From contig CAYMIG010000004.1 in assembly GCA_964390635.1 (NCBI GenBank), forward strand, positions 1,057-65,056: 64,000 nucleotides of DNA, read 5' to 3'. Position numbers and translations under genes: made by a program. Shown in pieces: positions 36,835 to 45,951 of this stretch. The notes beneath the pieces are model-generated. The model saw nothing but the letters and a program-made list of their open reading frames with translations. It was not told the origin of the DNA and made no database searches. The stretch comes from an uncultured Vampirovibrionales bacterium. GTDB lineage: Bacteria > Cyanobacteriota > Vampirovibrionia > Vampirovibrionales > Vampirovibrionaceae. Position 1 is the first letter of the stretch; each line of letters starts with the position of its first letter.

Positions 36835-37224
36835 TTACTTGTCGTATTCCAGGGTGGGGTAGGGCTTTTCCTTCCACTGCTTGTAGCCGCCTTGCAGGGA
36901 ATAGACCTCCCGGTAGCCCATCTGTTGCAGCACGTCGGCGGCCATGGCCGAGCGGCCCCCGCCCCCGCAGTAGGCCACGATGGTTCGGCTGCGATCGGGC
37001 ACGGTGTCCTCGATTTCCAGCTCCAGCACCCCCCGGGGGATGTTGGTGGAGTTTTCAATGCGGGAATGGGCATGATCGTTGGCCTCCCGCACATCGATAA
37101 TCACCATGTCCTTGCCTTCGGCAATCCAGCGGCGAAATTCCTCCTGGGTCACCTCGCGGATGCGGGTTTTGGCGTCCGCCACAAAATCCTGCCAGGTCTT
37201 GGCTTGCTGGGTGCTCATGGGCAT
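36835..37224 (-). CDS. Single-domain rhodanese
   Basis: IIDVRE, YCGGGGRS, SLQGGYKQW; start placed at 37224. Confidence 0.9.
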   Translation of the reverse strand: MPMSTQQAKTWQDFVADAKTRIREVTQEEFRRWIAEGKDMVIIDVREANDHAHSRIENSTNIPRGVLELEIEDTVPDRSRTIVAYCGGGGRSAMAADVLQQMGYREVYSLQGGYKQWKEKPYPTLEYDK

Positions 37225-37349
37225 CGTCCTCTCTTTCTTCCAAACACCATGCGATGCCCCGCATTGTACCCCAAGCGGCCCCACCGGCGCCATTGGCAAT
37301 TCGGCTAGGGACGGCGTGTCAGCCCAAAGGCGCCCCCACGCCAGTGGGA

Positions 37350-37781
37350 CTAGCGGATGAACAGTTCCAGGTTGAAATAGCCCAGGTGGGTGTCGCCACT
37401 CCACAGCTCGTATAAAATCTCGATGATGCCGCCGTCCGGGGTGAGGGCATAGTCCAGTTTCTTGGTGAAGTTGCGGCACACCAGGGAGGCCCCCCCGAAA
37501 AAGTACTGGCTGGCATACCACTCGTTGGGGGCAAAGGTCTGGCGGCTGTGCACATCGCCAATTTTCACCACGGACACCGTGTTTTTGGAAACCTTGATGG
37601 TGGTGGTCACCTTTTTTTCCTGCAAATGGGTATCAAAAGCCAGGATGTAGGTGTCCTTGTCCACCTGGTACAGCGAGCCCAGGGCTTCCTCTTCGATCTC
37701 GAAGGGATCATAACCGTTCAGGGACTGGGTGTGGCAGATGTCCACCATCACCATCTTCTTTATCTTTTTCAGCTCGCTCAC
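37350..37781 (-). CDS. DUF1934/YwiB-like beta-barrel protein
   Basis: All-beta pattern, G.LY....YI, TTIK, G.V.S.Q.F, Y.L; GGAG RBS. Confidence 0.7.
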   Translation of the reverse strand: MSELKKIKKMVMVDICHTQSLNGYDPFEIEEEALGSLYQVDKDTYILAFDTHLQEKKVTTTIKVSKNTVSVVKIGDVHSRQTFAPNEWYASQYFFGGASLVCRNFTKKLDYALTPDGGIIEILYELWSGDTHLGYFNLELFIR

Positions 37782-37815
37782 CGGTTTATCTCCACGTTAA
37801 TCTCTCCCGTAAGAC

Positions 37816-37842
37816 CTATCGGCCCGCGGGGGAAAATCTTTA
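37816..37842 (-). promoter_or_regulatory. Sigma-28 (FliA) promoter
   Basis: Minus strand reads TAAA-N15-GCCGATAG, one mismatch from consensus, just upstream of the gene starting at 37781. Confidence 0.8.
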
Positions 37843-37868
37843 GGCAGCCAGGAAAAAATGGATCGGAA

Positions 37869-38381
37869 TTACTTGTGATAAGGTTCGCCGCGGTGGATTT
37901 TGAAGGCCCGGTACAGTTGCTCCAGGACGATCAGTCGCACCATCGGGTGGGGGAAGGTCATTGGAGACAGGGACAACACCCACTGACACGCTTCCAGGAC
38001 CGTCGGCGACAAGCCCAGGGGCCCTCCCACAATCATTATGATAGGCCCCGGATCGGGGGTGGGTAATCCTCCGTTTGACGGGTTTGCCCCCAGGCGCCCA
38101 AACAGGCGAGCGGCGAACTTTTCGGAACCCAGCAGCTCGCCCCGCTCGGACAGGGCTATGGCCAGCGCGGCCCGCTGGATGTGGGGCAGCAGGCGCTCGG
38201 CTTCCCGGGCCATCACCTGCTCCGGGGTGCGGGAGGGGGTGATGGGCTCATCGGGCACCTCGATGACCCGCACCCGGGCATACGGCTGCAGGCGCTTGAG
38301 ATAGTCCTCCACCCCGGCGTTCAGGTAGGCAAAGCCGCCCTTCAGGCGACCCACCGCCACAATGTGGAATTCCAGCGCCAT
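37869..38381 (-). CDS. rlmH: 23S rRNA pseudouridine-1915 N3-methyltransferase
   Basis: IVAVGRLK, VGGPLGL, LSLSPMTFPH, EQLYRAFKI.GEPYHK. Confidence 0.96.
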   Translation of the reverse strand: MALEFHIVAVGRLKGGFAYLNAGVEDYLKRLQPYARVRVIEVPDEPITPSRTPEQVMAREAERLLPHIQRAALAIALSERGELLGSEKFAARLFGRLGANPSNGGLPTPDPGPIIMIVGGPLGLSPTVLEACQWVLSLSPMTFPHPMVRLIVLEQLYRAFKIHRGEPYHK

Positions 38382-38460
38382 GCGGCTCCCGTCCTTTCCG
38401 GGGAAAGATCACCCTCCCATCCTACAGCAGGACGACGGGTTCTGGTACAATAGGCCGGTC

Positions 38461-39813
38461 ATGGTACAGATTTTTCCCTTTCGCGCCCTGCGCTACAACA
38501 CGGGTCGCCTGGCCGCCGACGGCGCCACCCTAGACGACGTCACCACGCCGCCCTACGACGTGATTGACCCGCCCATGCAGGCGGCCTTTTACGATCGCCA
38601 CCCGGCCAACTTCGTGCGGGTGGATCTGAGCCGGGAAGCCGACCCCTTTGTAGCCGCCGACCGGGCCCTGCGCCAGTGGGAGCAGGAAGGCATCCTTGTG
38701 CCCGAAGCCCAACCCGCCCTGTACGCCTATGCCCAAAGCTGGACGGAAGAGGATGGCACCCCGGTGGAACGCAAGGGGCTGCTGGCCTTGTTGCGGCTGG
38801 AGCCCTTCGAGTCGGGCCGGGTGCTGCCCCATGAGCACACCCTGAAAGGGCCCAAGCAGGAGCGCCTGCAACTGATGCGCACCACCCAGGCCAACCTCAG
38901 CCAGGTTTTCCTGATTTACGAGGATCCCGCCCGCACCATGGAACACCTGCTGTACGAAGCCCCCGCCGAAGAAACCCCCTGGCTGCAGGCCACCGACGCC
39001 GACGGCACCGGGCACCGCTTCCGCCCGGTGACGGATGCCCCCACCATCCAGGCCCTGCAAAGCATGTTTGGGCATCAGACCCTGCTTATCGCCGACGGGC
39101 ACCACCGCTACGAAACCGCCCTGACCCTGCAACAGGAGGCCCGGGAGGACATCCGCCGGCAGACCGGGCAAGATCCCCCGCCGGGCAGCCTGCTGACCGA
39201 TTACGCGGTGGTGTTCCTGACCAACATGTGCGATCCGGGCTTAAAAGTCTATCCCACCCACCGCATTCTCTACCAGTGGCCGCAGGGCTGGGATGCGGCC
39301 CGCTTTGAGGCCGCCCTGCATGAGCGGTTTGAGCCGGTAGAGACCCATGAGACTTTTGTGTACCGCCCCGCCGGAAAACCGCTGTCGGAAGCCCGCAAGC
39401 TGAGGGTCAAGCCGCAAGCCGCCCCCGCCCACCTGCCCGAGGGGCTGCGGGGGTTTGACGCGGCCATCCTGGAAGAGACCGTGTTCAAGGGCATCCTGGG
39501 CCAGCCGGGGGAGGCGCTGAAGCAAAGCCACCACCTGGGCTTCTACCGGGACGAGGCCGCCATAGAGGGCCTGTGGGCGCGACAGGAGGCCGTGGCCGGC
39601 TTTTATCTGGCCGCCCCCTCGGTAAAGCTGGTGCATGACATTTGCCGCAGCGGGCACCGCATGCCCCAGAAATCCACCTACTTCTACCCCAAAATCCTGA
39701 GCGGGCTGGTGGTTTATCCCTACCGGGCCTTCCAGGACGGCAGCCATGCCCTCAGCGGGGTGTTGGACGCCCAGCCCATGGGCAGCAGCGCCCCCTTCCA
39801 ACCCCTGGTCTAG
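38461..39813 (+). CDS. DUF1015 family protein
   Basis: PFRALRY, PPYDVI, PHEHT, IADGHHRYET, MPQKSTYFYPK. Confidence 0.92.
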   Translation: MVQIFPFRALRYNTGRLAADGATLDDVTTPPYDVIDPPMQAAFYDRHPANFVRVDLSREADPFVAADRALRQWEQEGILVPEAQPALYAYAQSWTEEDGTPVERKGLLALLRLEPFESGRVLPHEHTLKGPKQERLQLMRTTQANLSQVFLIYEDPARTMEHLLYEAPAEETPWLQATDADGTGHRFRPVTDAPTIQALQSMFGHQTLLIADGHHRYETALTLQQEAREDIRRQTGQDPPPGSLLTDYAVVFLTNMCDPGLKVYPTHRILYQWPQGWDAARFEAALHERFEPVETHETFVYRPAGKPLSEARKLRVKPQAAPAHLPEGLRGFDAAILEETVFKGILGQPGEALKQSHHLGFYRDEAAIEGLWARQEAVAGFYLAAPSVKLVHDICRSGHRMPQKSTYFYPKILSGLVVYPYRAFQDGSHALSGVLDAQPMGSSAPFQPLV

Positions 39814-39890
39814 GCGTCCGCATGGGCTTGCCGCCGGGCCGTCGGTTTCAGTAAGATAGGGGCACCTTCGCCCCGCCCAAGGAGACCCCC

Positions 39891-40136
39891 ATGAGCCACT
39901 CCCCCGATCTCAAGGAACTGAGCCCGCTGGAAAAGCATCGCCGCTCCCAGCTTTATGCCCGCCTGACCTATGTGATGATCATGGGCATCTTTCTGACCAT
40001 CTGCACGGTGGCGGTCACCACCATGATGGCCATGGAGCGGGACAAGCAAGGCTTCCGGGCCATCGAGCTCTCCAAGCCCATCTCCTTCTTTGATTACACC
40101 TACGTGAAAAAACCGCCCAAACCGGAGCAGCCTTAA
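39891..40136 (+). CDS. Small single-TM hypothetical protein
   Basis: AAGGAG RBS; one hydrophobic helix. Confidence 0.7.
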   Translation: MSHSPDLKELSPLEKHRRSQLYARLTYVMIMGIFLTICTVAVTTMMAMERDKQGFRAIELSKPISFFDYTYVKKPPKPEQP

Positions 40137-40241
40137 TCTTTCCTTAAGAAGCCTTAAGAAAAACCAGGCAAAGCCGGGCCGGGGCCGGGACGATGCTACA
40201 GTGAAAAAACGGGAACGGGAGGATCTGGCCAGGGGTGGCGG

Positions 40242-40898
40242 ATGCGGCGCGTTGCCGGATGTGGTGGGGTTAATATCGGGGGGATGCCTATGCTGCCAAT
40301 CGGGGGTGGGAGTTCGTTGAACCGCTTTCAGAATCCGCAAGCCATCAATCAAACCATCCATCAGGACGGTGCCTTTGCCAACGTCATCTCGGGGGCCATG
40401 GGGGCCGCCTTCGGGGCGGATCCCGCCACAGGCCGCACCTTGCCCGGGCCGGTCTCCCAGCTGATGGATCGCCTGCACGCCGATTTTGACCGGGCCGGGC
40501 TGTCCCCCCTGGGTCAGATGCTGCCCCAGGGCACCCCCGCCGGGGGGTTTGGGGATATCCGGGCCTTCGACGCCCTGGCCGCCAACCCGGCCATGGATAC
40601 ATTCGTGCGGCGCACGGCGCAAGGCACCCAGGCCCAGCCGGATATCGGCCTGCTGCCGGGAAGCCGGATGGGCAACCCGTTTGGGGCGGGTTCCCCGGCC
40701 TTTCAGGGGGATGTTGCCACCCAGCCGCCGGTGCAGATCAACCAGTTCAACCAGGTGAACCTGGCCCCGGCGCGGGATACGGAAGCGCCCCGGCAACTGG
40801 CCCAGGCCGCCGACATGCTGAGAATCGCCGCCGGCATGCTGGCCTGCATGCTGGCCGCCACCTGCCAACGCCTTTTCGCGCCCGTCAGGGCGCATTAG
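40242..40898 (+). CDS. Hypothetical Gly/Pro/Gln-rich protein
   Basis: Fills the gap between two genes; start may be about 40283; no recognisable motif. Confidence 0.55.
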   Translation: MRRVAGCGGVNIGGMPMLPIGGGSSLNRFQNPQAINQTIHQDGAFANVISGAMGAAFGADPATGRTLPGPVSQLMDRLHADFDRAGLSPLGQMLPQGTPAGGFGDIRAFDALAANPAMDTFVRRTAQGTQAQPDIGLLPGSRMGNPFGAGSPAFQGDVATQPPVQINQFNQVNLAPARDTEAPRQLAQAADMLRIAAGMLACMLAATCQRLFAPVRAH

Positions 40899-40971
40899 CC
40901 ACTGCTCACTTCGCCTACCAGGGTCCGGCCGGGGGGTGCGGGCCCCTTCTTTTTTTCTTCCGGGCCGACGC

Positions 40972-41871
40972 TTACTTTTTGCCCGGCTTTTGAAACAGCA
41001 TCACGTACTCGTGCTTGAAGATGTAGAAGCCGCCCACCAGGGCCCGGTAGCGCCACAAGTTGTTCATGCGGCCCTTGGCTTTCTCGTTGCCGCTGATGTT
41101 TTTGACGATGATGCTCTTGGTCTTGAAGCCGGCCCGGTTCATGCGCTCCATGCAGTAAAAGCCCAGGGGAATCAGCTCGCCGCCGGCGTATTTATCCCCA
41201 ATCACCAGCCCGGCAAAGCGTCCGGGGGCCAGGTGCTCGTAGCCCACGCGACAGACCTGCTCGAACATGTCCAGAAACGCCTCGGTGGAAGGGGCGTTGG
41301 ACAAATCGTTCTCGGAGTCCGAAAAGCGGATGATATCGGCATAAGGGGGATGCAGGAACAAAAAGTCGGCATGGGGCTTGTCAAACTGCTTCAGGGCCCG
41401 CTGGATGGCCTTGCCCGTCCATGCGGCATTGGCGGAATCGCCGTTGATGATTTCCACCCGGTCCGCCTTGCCTTGCTCGGTGAGTTTTTCCCGCACGTAG
41501 GCGGCCATTTCCGGCTTGATTTCCACCCCGATGGCCCGGCGGCCCAGGTTTCCCGCCTCGATGGCCGAGGTACCCGAGCCCAGGAAGAGATCCAGGATGA
41601 CCTCATCCTGGCGGGTGTAGCGGGTAAGCAGCTGGGTCAGGATCTGGGGCACGCAGTTGCCGTGGTAATCCAGCTGATGGCCGTTTTTACGATCCCGGGA
41701 ATCAAACAGCCAGAGCGATCCGGTTTCCACATGCTCGTAATCCCGCCAACGGCTCACATCGATGTCGCTGTAGGCCAACACCCTGGCTTCAGGGGCCTGC
41801 TCCATCCTCTCCGGCAAACCCGCCCGGACACTTTTGCGCCCGGCCGGTTTTTTCTTCTTCTGGTTGGTCAT
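40972..41871 (-). CDS. Orphan amino-methyltransferase (DNA N4-C/N6-A type)
   Basis: YHGNCVPQI, ILDLFLGSGTS (SAM motif I), FLHPPY (motif IV), HEYVMLFQK; start placed at 41871. Confidence 0.85.
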   Translation of the reverse strand: MTNQKKKKPAGRKSVRAGLPERMEQAPEARVLAYSDIDVSRWRDYEHVETGSLWLFDSRDRKNGHQLDYHGNCVPQILTQLLTRYTRQDEVILDLFLGSGTSAIEAGNLGRRAIGVEIKPEMAAYVREKLTEQGKADRVEIINGDSANAAWTGKAIQRALKQFDKPHADFLFLHPPYADIIRFSDSENDLSNAPSTEAFLDMFEQVCRVGYEHLAPGRFAGLVIGDKYAGGELIPLGFYCMERMNRAGFKTKSIIVKNISGNEKAKGRMNNLWRYRALVGGFYIFKHEYVMLFQKPGKK

Positions 41872-42007
41872 GCCTTGATCGTATCGGCGGCCATGACGGG
41901 CATCTTCCTGTAAACGGATGATCTTGATCGCCCGTGTTTGTGTTAGCCGCCCTTGGCGGGGCCTACCGGGTTGATTTACAATAGAAAAAAAGGATCCCGA
42001 GCCGCCC

Positions 42008-42964
42008 ATGCAGGTGTACCGTACCGTCGAATCCGTCCGACTCCCCGCCTCCGCCGTGGCCATCGGCATGTTTGACGGCGTGCACGTGGGCCATGTGATG
42101 GTGCTGGAAAGCGCCCTGCGCCAGGCCCGCGCCCTGGGGGTGCCCAGCGTGGTGATCAGCTTTGCCAACCATCCCCAAACCTTGACCAGCCAGACCCCCA
42201 CCCAGCTGTTATCCACCCTGGATGAGCGTTTGCGGGCCTTTGAAGCCATGGGCTTTGATGCGGCCCTCATCCTGGATTTCAACGCCTGGCTGAAAAACCT
42301 GCCCGCCCCGGAATTCATCCGCCTCATCCTGCAAGAGCACCTGGGGGTGAAAAGCGTGACCGTGGGCTATGACCACCGCTTTGGGAAAAACCGGGCCGGG
42401 GACGGCGAGATGCTGAAAGCCGCCGGGCAGGCCGCGGGCTTTGCGGTGCAGATTATCGATCCGGTGCGCACCGCCGACGGGGGCCAGATTGTCAGCAGCA
42501 CGCTTATTCGCAAGCTGCTGTCGTTTGGGGACCTGGCCCAGGCCAACCGCCTGCTGGGGCATCCCTACCAGCTTTGCGGCATGGTTGAAGAAGGCCTGCA
42601 ACGGGGACGCCAGCTGGGCTTTCCCACCGCCAACCTGGCCGTGCCCGCCGATCGGCTGATTCCGGCCAACGGCACCTACGGGGGCTACGCCATCCTGAAG
42701 GGGCGGGGCTATCCGGCGGTGTGCAACATCGGGCTTTCCCCCACCTTTGGGGATCAGCCCCGCAAGCGGGTGGAAGTACATCTGCTGGGCTACGAGGGGC
42801 CGGCCTTCTACGGAGAGAGCCTGATGATGGCCTTCCTGGAAAAGCTGCGGGACGAGGAACGGTTTGCCGACGCCGAAGCCCTGGTGGCGCAGATTCGTCG
42901 GGATTGTGAGTATGTCAGAAACCATATGGGCCAGGACGCCACGCCGATTGAAGATCGAGGTTAG
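42008..42964 (+). CDS. ribF: Riboflavin kinase / FAD synthetase
   Basis: GMFDGVHVGH, VSSTLIR, GRQLGFPTAN, NIGLSPTF, EVHLL. Confidence 0.96.
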   Translation: MQVYRTVESVRLPASAVAIGMFDGVHVGHVMVLESALRQARALGVPSVVISFANHPQTLTSQTPTQLLSTLDERLRAFEAMGFDAALILDFNAWLKNLPAPEFIRLILQEHLGVKSVTVGYDHRFGKNRAGDGEMLKAAGQAAGFAVQIIDPVRTADGGQIVSSTLIRKLLSFGDLAQANRLLGHPYQLCGMVEEGLQRGRQLGFPTANLAVPADRLIPANGTYGGYAILKGRGYPAVCNIGLSPTFGDQPRKRVEVHLLGYEGPAFYGESLMMAFLEKLRDEERFADAEALVAQIRRDCEYVRNHMGQDATPIEDRG

Positions 42965-43577
42965 AGAGGAAACCCGGATCCGGCGCGCCTCCGCCCGCAT
43001 GCAGGAGGCCGGGGTCATTTTCGTGAAGGTGCCCCGGCACTGGCCCCGCAAGCTGAAGGACGAAGTGGTGGCCGAGCTGGTGGAACGCATCCGGCGCAAA
43101 GATGCCCAGCAGCGCGACCTGCTGGAAGAGGCCGCCCGGCAGCCACGCATCACCCTGGCCACGGAGGCGGCCCTGAACGACTTCGTGCAACGGGTGAACG
43201 CCGAGACCCTGCAAGCCCCCCTAGGCAAAATCCGCATTGGGCATGCCAAGTACAACCACCTGGCCCAGGTGAACCTGCGCACCGGCACCATGACGGTGTC
43301 GCGCTACTGCCTGCGGGAAGCCCCCGCCAAGGCCCTGCGCTATCTCATCGTGCATGAACTGGCCCATTACTTTGAGGCCGGCCATAACAAGCGGTTCTGG
43401 GCCCTGGTTGGAGAGCATGTGCCGGATTATCGCCTGCAATCCCGCATCATCAAGGCCTTCCATCACCAGGCCGTGGTGAACGAGGCCGGCGGCGAACCGG
43501 CAGTCCCAACGGAAAAACCCGACCTTCCCGCACGGAAGCCCGGGTTTTTCGAACAGTTGCGGTTGTGGGGCCTATAG
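42912..43577 (+). CDS. YgjP/DUF45-like zinc metallopeptidase-fold protein
   Basis: YLIVHELAH...HNKRFW. Confidence 0.85.
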   Translation: MSETIWARTPRRLKIEVREETRIRRASARMQEAGVIFVKVPRHWPRKLKDEVVAELVERIRRKDAQQRDLLEEAARQPRITLATEAALNDFVQRVNAETLQAPLGKIRIGHAKYNHLAQVNLRTGTMTVSRYCLREAPAKALRYLIVHELAHYFEAGHNKRFWALVGEHVPDYRLQSRIIKAFHHQAVVNEAGGEPAVPTEKPDLPARKPGFFEQLRLWGL

Positions 43578-44942
43578 GGCTTTTTCCGGTTTCTTCAGGG
43601 TTTGGCCCTCGACTGCAGGCTTGTCCTGGGCGGACAAGCTGGCCTTGGTGGTATCCGGCTTCTGCTGGCGGGCCATCAGGTGCTGGTTTTGCAGCTCCTT
43701 GATGGTTTTGCCCTGGATCATCTGCTCCAGCATCTCGATGCCGGTGGCCAGCTGGGGATCCTTCTTGGCCTTGGAATCCTCCTCGGTCAGCTTCACCTCG
43801 ATGTCGGGGGCGATGCCCTTTTTGTTAATGTCGGTATCGTTGGGGGTCAGGTACTTCTGGGTGGTAATGTTGATGCCCGCCCCGCCCGGCAGCTGGTTGA
43901 TCTCCTGCACCAGCCCCTTGCCGAAGCTGCGCTCGCCCACCAGCAGGGCTCGGTTGTTGTCTTTCAGCGCCCCGCTGAGAATCTCGCTGGCGCTGGCGCT
44001 GCCACCGTTAATCAGCACCACCAGAGGTTTGTCGGTTTCCACCGAGGGGCTGGAGCGGCGCACTTCCTTGTAGCCGTCCCGATCCACGGTGCTGACGATG
44101 GCCCCTTCCTCCAGGAAAAAGTCGGCAATGTAAATGGCGTTGGAGAGCAGGCCGCCCGGGTTGGAGCGCAAATCCAGGATGTAGCCGTCCTTGTCGCCGT
44201 ACTGCTTCAGGGCGTTCTTCACTTCCTGGGCCGCGTTGTTGCTGATGAAAGTGGAGAGCTTGATGTAGCCGATGTTCTTGGGCACCGGCATCTCGAAGGG
44301 GTTCTTCAGGGAAACCGCCTTCAGCTGGATTTCATCGCGGGTGATCTCGTAGATCTTGGCCGGCTTGTCGGCGCGCTTAATCAGCAGCTTCACCTTGGTG
44401 CCCTTTTCGCCCCGGATGAGATCCGCGGCTTCCTTGTCGGACATGCCCTTGGTGGACTTGCCGTCAATTTCCAGGATCTCGTCCTCGGCCTTCAGGCCGG
44501 CCCGGTCCGCCGGGGTGTCCTCGATGGGGGCGATGACCAGCAGCTTGTTGTCCCGCACCCCGATCTGGATGCCGATGCCACCCAGCACCGCCTTGATGGA
44601 GCGGCCTTCCTCGGCGAATTCATCCTTGTCCAGGAAGCGGGTGTAGCGATCGTTCAGGCTGGAAAGCATGGTTTCGATGGCCACTTCAGCGTCTTCATCA
44701 GTTTGCATCTGCTGATCGTAGCGATGCCGCCAGATGCGCCAGTCCTGGCCGTTTTTGTCCTCCCCCACGAAGCGGGCGTTGACCAGCTTCCAGACATCGT
44801 CGTAAAGCGACTGGGGGGTGTAGGCGCTTGCGGAATCCACCAGCACAAACACGCTGAGCGCAAGTGCCATCAGGGACCCCGTCACTTTGGACATCGTTTT
44901 TTGTTTCATGAACTTTCCATCCAACTTATAGGCAAACAACAC
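43572..44942 (-). CDS. Carboxyl-terminal processing protease (S41, PDZ), second paralog
   Basis: Signal peptide, GIGIQI, DLRSNPGG, SASASEI, SFGKG; start may be 44909. Confidence 0.93.
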   Translation of the reverse strand: MLFAYKLDGKFMKQKTMSKVTGSLMALALSVFVLVDSASAYTPQSLYDDVWKLVNARFVGEDKNGQDWRIWRHRYDQQMQTDEDAEVAIETMLSSLNDRYTRFLDKDEFAEEGRSIKAVLGGIGIQIGVRDNKLLVIAPIEDTPADRAGLKAEDEILEIDGKSTKGMSDKEAADLIRGEKGTKVKLLIKRADKPAKIYEITRDEIQLKAVSLKNPFEMPVPKNIGYIKLSTFISNNAAQEVKNALKQYGDKDGYILDLRSNPGGLLSNAIYIADFFLEEGAIVSTVDRDGYKEVRRSSPSVETDKPLVVLINGGSASASEILSGALKDNNRALLVGERSFGKGLVQEINQLPGGAGINITTQKYLTPNDTDINKKGIAPDIEVKLTEEDSKAKKDPQLATGIEMLEQMIQGKTIKELQNQHLMARQQKPDTTKASLSAQDKPAVEGQTLKKPEKAL

Positions 44943-44986
44943 ACCGTGCGGTAATGTCTTATTATAGCGTAACGCCCAATCCGGCT

Positions 44987-45607
44987 TTACCGCAAGCGCA
45001 GCATCTGGTACAAATGCGCCACCAGCCAGTGGGCGGCATGAAACAGGCTAGAGCCCAAATCCAGCACGAAAAAGGCAAGCAGCAGGATGAGGAACCCCAT
45101 CTGGGTCAGCCATGGGACATAAGGACGCAAGGCGGGCACGAAAGTTTCCAGGATATGAAACCCATCCAGCGGGGGGAGGGGCAGCATGTTCAGGAAAAAC
45201 AACACCCCGTTCAACATGGCGGCCAGGTAGAGAAAATGCAGCAACGCTTGGGGCGCCACGTCGGTCAGCAGGGCCATCAGCACCACAGCCCCGCCCAACA
45301 GCAGCAGATTGGCCAGGGGGCCGGCGGCAGACACCCAGGCATTTCCCCAGGCATGCCGAAACTTGGCCGGGTTCACCGGGGTTTGCCCCCAAGCCACCCC
45401 TACCAGCACCAGCAAGATTATAGCGGCCCATTCCATGTGGGCCAACGGGTTCAGGGTCAGCCGGCCCGCCCGGGCCGGGGTGTCATCCCCCTCCCCGGTG
45501 GCAGCCAGGGCGTGGGAATACTCATGCACCGTAATGGAAGCCACCACGATGACCACCGTGCTGAGGAACTGCACCGGACGGCTGAAGGCGGTTTCCACAA
45601 ACGGCAT
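44987..45607 (-). CDS. Site-2 protease (M50 family)
   Basis: HEYSH, GRLTLNPLAH, AAGPLAN, NMLPLPPLDG. Confidence 0.93.
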   Translation of the reverse strand: MPFVETAFSRPVQFLSTVVIVVASITVHEYSHALAATGEGDDTPARAGRLTLNPLAHMEWAAIILLVLVGVAWGQTPVNPAKFRHAWGNAWVSAAGPLANLLLLGGAVVLMALLTDVAPQALLHFLYLAAMLNGVLFFLNMLPLPPLDGFHILETFVPALRPYVPWLTQMGFLILLLAFFVLDLGSSLFHAAHWLVAHLYQMLRLR

Positions 45608-45609
45608 GG

Positions 45610-45951
45610 CTACAGACTGCCCACCTGCAGCTGGATGGCATCCACCCGGTAGCCGGTCTGGGGCTGGTAACGGTTCAGCGCTTCCAGAAAGACCGGCAAC
45701 TGAAAAGACAGGTCGCTGGCCAGGGCGGCGTTGGCCACCTTCACCAGCAGGGTGAATTTGTCCCCCCGCTTTTTCAGGGCCACCGCCCGGGTGTGGGCGG
45801 CATAGGTAGCCCCCACCAGCTGGGGCCACAGGGCAAGCAGGGCCATCTCCTGCACCTTACGGTCGAGTTGCAGCGCCTCGCTCACCGCGGGCAGGATATC
45901 TACCAGGGAGCGTAGCTCCCCCACCCGGGCCGGCTTTTTCCTACCCGCCAT
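45610..45951 (-). CDS. DUF721/DciA family protein
   Basis: W.QLVG...A.HT, LLVKV.N; follows recF as in dnaN-recF-dciA clusters. Confidence 0.8.
   Translation of the reverse strand: MAGRKKPARVGELRSLVDILPAVSEALQLDRKVQEMALLALWPQLVGATYAAHTRAVALKKRGDKFTLLVKVANAALASDLSFQLPVFLEALNRYQPQTGYRVDAIQLQVGSL

Noticed and set aside
37860-37900. rlmH 3' end as an integration hotspot
   Set aside because: No integrase, att duplication or compositional shift follows the gene.
41881-41907. GCCGATAC sigma-28-like -10 box before the methyltransferase
   Set aside because: There is no acceptable -35 box at 15-16 bp and it lies too close to the start codon.
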